NCBI GenBank assembly: GCA_011109175.1
Contig: RDEW01000037.1
Coordinates: 159,557-223,556 of the forward strand
Length of the DNA: 64,000 nucleotides
Reading direction: 5' to 3'
DNA from: Dicyema japonicum
Taxonomy: Eukaryota > Animalia > Dicyemida
In this document: piece by piece, positions 58,773 to 64,000 of the stretch
Layout of the letters: every line of letters starts with the position of its first letter
Position numbering within the stretch: the first letter of the stretch is position 1
Made by a program: the position numbers and the translations under genes
Notes under the pieces: model-generated
Database searches by the model: none
Seen by the model: the letters and a program-made list of their open reading frames with translations, nothing else
What the model was told of the DNA's origin: nothing

Positions 58773-61700
58773 GGGGATATCGGGTCCAACCTCAGGACGT
58801 GTCCAAAAAATCTCCAACGAGAGCTAATGATCTCGTGGCTTAATGGTATACAGTTATTGTACAGTCCATTCCGCGAGATCTTGGATGGCCAGGACATTCC
58901 AGTTATGTTTCTTAGATGATTCCTGTGAAATAAGTCTAGCCTTTCCAATTCCTCTTTAGAGGTGGCCCAGGTCCCAGAGTTGTAGAATTGGTTTGATGAA
59001 AGTGTTGTATAACATAATCCTTTGTTTTATGTTATATCCTTTCCGTTTTAGCCAAAGATTTTTAAGCCTTTGTAATGCCGCATTTGCCAATGTTTTTCTC
59101 CGTATGATGTCTTCGCTATCTCCTAGTAGTGAGCCAAGTTTCTTTATGTGTCTCCATTATTCTTCGAGTGAGTTGTTCATTCGTCTTATCTCTGTCCGTT
59201 CTGTTTTTCCCTGTTCACGGTGACAAACCATTTTCCAAGTATATCTGGTGCTTTTTTCTCCAGGAGTTCTTTGTCTTCAGAAATTAAGTCGACATCATCA
59301 GCATAAATCACTTCTTCTATTTTTCCTTGATATAATGGTCTCAGTTCCCTCATAGCGGCCTCCAAGTATATTGTGAATAGTAGGGGAGAAAGGGAGTTTC
59401 CTTGAGGAGTGCCTGTGTTTGTTTCAAATTTTCTTGAGTAGGTTTTTCCAACTCTCACAAGGAGCTCTGTGTTAGATAGAAGGATTTGAATCATTCTTAG
59501 ACTCGATTCGTCAATAAACCCATCCAGCACTGTCATCAATTTGTTCCTGTTAACCGAGTCAAAGGCTTTTGATAGATCTATTCCCAGAATGTGGATGGAA
59601 TTGCAATATCTTTGATGTGTTGCACATCTCCATCTGTGACTCCAGACTGCATCAGCTGTTGATCTTCCTTCTCTGAACCCACTTTGACTTTCGGGTAGGT
59701 ATTCATAAGCGGGTCCTTTTATTCGTTCCAATACAATGTTAGCTAAGACTTTCCGTAGAGAATTTGATAATATGATTGGTCGTAAGTTTTCAACCGGTCC
59801 TTTGGGTTTATTGGGTTTTTGTATAGGTATTAGTAATCCCGTTCCCAGGGGCAAGGTTGAGTTAGTTGAAAACATTTCATTTAGTAGTGTAGCGATTTTT
59901 TCAAAAAGGGGGTCAGGCCCGTATTTCAGTAATTCTGGGTTTATCGTATCTGGTCCAGGGCTTCTGTTATTTTTTAATTTTTGACATGCTGTTTTTACTT
60001 CCAAAATTGAAATTGGTTCTTTTAAAGGTCTAGGCTTTCCTTTGAATGGGGGGATTGCTGTAGTCACATTAAAAAGTTTCTCAAAATGTGTTGCAATTAC
60101 CTCCGCTTGCTCTTCAGTATTCAGTAATGTCTTGCCATTTTTGTCTTTGATGATTATTCGTTCCTTCCGGTTTGTGTGGCGTAGTAAACGAGCGGCCATA
60201 TACATTTGTGAATTATTCTTTAGTTTGGATACTTCATTGATTTTGCGAAGAAGTTCTTCTTGGTGAAGTGTCTTGTTCAGTCTCCTGATTTTTCTACGGA
60301 TTTGGTCACTCTGCCCTTGAAGGACTTTTCTCATGTTATAGTCTTTTTCGATTAGTTTTTTTGTATGGATTTCCTTTAACTCCTTTGCTAATTCCTTTAC
60401 TAGTTCTGTATGTGTCGTCAGACCCTTACTGGCCATCTCCCGCGTGCCGAGGTACTGGCTTGCTGCTTCGTTTATTATATACTTCGTGTGATCCTACGAA
60501 ATTCCTACTGTTTGGTCCTTCAGATAAGAGCAGATGTGTTTTTGGTAACTTTTGACTGTGTCTGGATTTTTTTTTAAAATTTTTGGTGTATTTAATTAAA
60601 ACAATAGAAGTCAGGTAGTTGCCGCCCTCACTGCGTGGCTGTTCCCTCTCAAAATTGCGAGCGAAATTCGCTCAAATAGCCAGCGGCGTTCACGGAGATC
60701 TCCAGTGCATGAGGTGATCCGGTTTCCAAGACGTCCGAAAAACTCGAGTGTAGAGGGGGAGTAGGATCCGGAAGTCTCCATAGCAAGGGGAACAAATTTG
60801 ACATCATCGGGAAGGTCGACGTATTTAACGAGTTTGGCCTTCTCCGCCTTTACGGATGCTGAACAGGCCCTTGTAGCACTCTCGTGAAGATTTTTCTGGG
60901 CGAACGTGTCTGTACATGTCACATCCCAAACCAGTGGTTTCCCGGCCTCAAATGGAAATATGGTCATCCCGTCCGGTCGTTTCCCGTCACTTCTGCATAA
61001 CCCGACCGGTTCAAGAATGGCCGAGTATCCAGCAGCATCCATAGCTCGCCTGACAATTTCATTCAGAGCCTTGTGCCTTGGGGATCTGCCAGCGCTCCTC
61101 CTGCAGGCGGAGGGTGCAGGCCATAGGAGTCTATCAGGATGCCACATCGGCACGGGTGAGGTACACATACTTTTAGTCCCAGCCGCAGAGAGATATCAGT
61201 TCTAACGCATTCATCATCCAGAAAAGTGCCCAAAGCTCCATTGGGGAGATCAGTTTCCCGTTGCCTATGTGTCTGGATTAGAGATCAGTTTTTCCGTTGC
61301 GTATCCATTTCTTGTATTCTCAATATTATAGTTTGTAATGTTATTATGTTTCTTATGTTTGATGTTTCGCCAGGCTGAAGGTGACAATAACCATTCTGTG
61401 ATCGCTGACAGTTGTTGAACCTTCGTATGAGCGTGCGTTAATAAGAGAGCATTTGTCATTGATCCGGCATATAATATAATCAATTTGGTTGTATATAGGG
61501 AATAATTTTCCTTCTGGGTTTCTTCGTTCGCCCATCCAAGTAGTTATTTGGAATGCACGATGAGAGAATGCAGTGTTGCACAAGAACAGTTTGTTTGCCG
61601 TGCAGAAATGGCCAAGTATAGTCCCAGGCAAGTTTCTTTTCCCACGTCCATGTCTTCCCATGAAGATATCTTCTGAGTTCTTTTTTGTTCCGATTTTCGC

Positions 61701-62255
61701 ATTCAGATCGCCAGCAATGAATATAAGTGAGGACGACTCATATTCATTATACGTCTTTGATAATGCTGAGTAGAATTCATCCAGTTCGGTCGGGTTTTTT
61801 GCCACTCTTCCACAGTGTGGTGCATATACATTTATAATCGTTAGTGTATTTTTAGGGGAACATTGATTGTTCAAGTGGATCTGTATTACGCAGATCCTGT
61901 CATTCACCCGCCAAATGCGACTGATGTCAGATGATAGTTTTCTGTGAATGGCGAATCCAAGACCATAGTGTTTTGAGTCACTGGGTAGACATATTAGACG
62001 ATATCTTCCGTGGTTTTCATCGAGATAGTACGTAATTTTCGTCTCTTGTATACAGCCAATAAAAACGTTATATCTTTCTAGGTCATCACAGAGAGTATTT
62101 ATTGACTGAGGCTTAGATATTCCTCTAGCATTGAATGTAAGAAACTTTAGGGCAAGCATATTCTTTTGTATCTTCTGCTTTCTAGACATTTTCTTATCCG
62201 TTGTACAGAGAAGAAACGAGGCACGTCACCACCTCACCAAAAAACGACCTCATGT
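58773..62255 (-). mobile_element. RTE-like APE-RT LINE family A, copy 2 (near full length, interrupted)
   Basis: Endonuclease ORF 61353-62189 (TFNARG, IQETK, GDLNA, NQIDY, SDHRMV) and RT ORF 59186-60436 (PGPD, LRPI, QSGFR, DLSKAFDSV, GTPQG, YADD); interrupted by a CRE insertion. Confidence 0.92.
60569..61267 (-). mobile_element. 5'-truncated CRE-like insertion with 12-bp TSD and A-rich tail
   Basis: ORF 60611-61168 (RH.ALNEIV, DGKRPDG, LVWDVT, FVPLAMETSG, FERISLAILRGN). TGTGTCTGGATT occurs at 60557-60568 and 61268-61279; T-rich tail at 60569-60600. Confidence 0.9.
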
Positions 62256-62284
62256 CATCTAAAAATAAATATGAAATACAGTAT

Positions 62285-63260
62285 CTTCAACGTCCGTTTC
62301 AAGGATTACTCATGGAAGCAAGCCACACTGCCGATAAGACTCCGAGGGCTTGGAATTCACAACCCTGTAGACGTTTCTCTCCCTGCTTATATCTTGTCAC
62401 TAATGGCCTGTAACACCCTTGTCAAAAGGATTCTACACTCACTCCCTGAGTTCTCTATTGACCAGGACTTCAGTCATGCTCGTGAGGCCTGGAGCATTAC
62501 TTATCAGCTATCCTTGCCTTCCACGTTCTCTCAGCGGGGCCTTGACGATGCTGTATGCCGGAATTCTTTAGAAGATTTGTTTTTGGGGGCATTTTCAGAT
62601 AGCGGTGTCTGGCTTAACGCCGTTCCCAATTGAGTTTTGGGTACCTTTCTAAATGATGAATGCGTCCTGATTTGGATCTCATTACGACTGGGATTAAAAG
62701 TCTGTGTTCCACATCCGTAGCGGTGTCTGGCTTAACGCCGTTCCCAATTGAGTTTTGGGTACCTTTCTAAATGATGAATGCGTCCTGATTTGGATCTCAT
62801 TACGACTGGGATTAAAAGTCTGTGTTCCACATCCGTGCAGGTGCGGAGACCTGATCGACTGTTTTGGCCCACACCCTCTCTCCTGCAGGAAGAATGCCGG
62901 TAGATTTCCCAAACACATGGCCTTGAAGGAAGTCGTTAGGCGAGCTTTGGACGCCATCTGACACCCCTCCATGCTCGAACCAGTTGGTCCTTGCAGGTGT
63001 GACGGGAAACGACCAGATGGGATGACGATCTTCCACCGACACGTTTGCCACCTCCAACCTACTCCAGAGTACCCATGGAGCCTGTTCTGCCGCTGAGAGG
63101 ACCGAGAGTTTGAAGCTGGCAAAGTACATGGTCCTATCCAATGATTTCTTGTTCGTTGCTGAATTCTTGAGTATTCTAGGGTAGGCATGCTCACGATCAT
63201 ATAATCCATCGACATCAAAAGGATCCAACTATTTTTTCCACCGGGAGACAATTTCGTTAC
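62285..63260 (+). mobile_element. CRE-like non-LTR element fragment
   Basis: WKQATLPIRLRGLGI, WLNAVPN..LGTFL, CVPHPCRCG...GPHPLSC...GRFPKH, DGKRPDG. Contains a 118-bp tandem duplication (62600/62718). Confidence 0.8.
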
Positions 63261-63394
63261 CTGGAGATAATTTGTCATAAAGTCAAAAAAGGTAAAATTT
63301 TGAAAATTTAAAGTCAAAAATTGAAATACTATAATGAGAAGTTGTAACTTAATCAATCCTTGAAGGTCAAGATGTAAATATTCGAAAGTTAAGT

Positions 63395-64000
63395 AGAAAA
63401 GAAAGTTGGAAATTTTATTATCATTGACGGAAGGCTTTATTTTAAAGTTGTTGATATTTCGAAATTAAGAGATGCATTATTAGTGGTATATTACTGCAAT
63501 GTTTGCCAGTTCACAGTGCCACTGAAACAATATGACGATTTGAGTCAGACTACCTAATGAAAGTTGATTGGATTGATCTAAAAAAGTATAGGTCATTAGG
63601 TTATTTTTTAGAATTGAAAATAAAAATGCTCATTTTGCTTGTTTGTTGTCAATTTTAGACGTCTATTCAAAATATTGATTTCCGAGAAACCAAGAAAATA
63701 AAAGTGGAATCGAGGTGCCCAACAAATTATAGAAATTTTCTTGAGCCTTGTAGATTACTACAATCCGATAACGACACAGAGTTAAAGAACGGTCATATCA
63801 GAAAATTGTGTGAAGATTACATAACTACTCAAATCCATGTAAGATGGCTTCGGATGACAAGAAAGAGTAGATAAAGCATACTTGAGAGGCTGTATTTTTA
63901 TAGAATCAAACCCCTCAAATTGCTGCTTTTATGTAGGTGTTTGTCAGTTTCAGAAATATCGAGGGATTCCGGGGTTCAATACTATCGTGAAAAATAATAT
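63395..64000 (+). mobile_element. Decayed rve-type integrase (Ginger/KRBA2-like transposon remnant)
   Basis: FIIIDGRLYFK, KVDWIDLKKY, ILDVYSKY, NKSGIEV, LLQSDNDTELKN: a DDE integrase core broken by stops and frameshifts. Confidence 0.65.

Overview
AT-rich eukaryotic (animal-type) scaffold with four N-gaps and four single-n joins. Host genes sit in very compact islands and carry ultrasmall GT-AG introns (mostly 21-31 nt). By manual splicing I recover SUDS3-like, MDM1-like, DNAAF2/kintoun, PNPLA8-like, GTP-type PEPCK, a CLK/LAMMER kinase, a PRODH2-type proline dehydrogenase, a RECQL4 orthologue and a SMYD-family gene, plus decayed sorbitol-dehydrogenase-like and other pseudogenes. The rest is decayed transposons: RTE-like, I/Jockey-like, CRE-like and R4/Dong-like non-LTR elements, and hAT, MULE, pogo and integrase remnants. 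Metazoan gene content plus ~25-nt introns fits a dicyemid-like compact parasite genome (inference, not verified). The best novelty candidate is a RECQL4 orthologue with an open spliced frame and conserved C-terminal domains but degenerate helicase motifs I, II, III and VI, i.e. a probable pseudo-helicase. Other highlights: convergent genes whose stop codons are 1 bp apart, stop-free in-frame 21-nt introns (one splitting a catalytic loop), a CRE insertion with a templated 5' junction, a candidate >100-bp RTE target-site duplication, and about 15 tandem duplications of 88-208 bp. All protein identifications come from recalled family motifs; no database search was run, and transposon boundaries are approximate.
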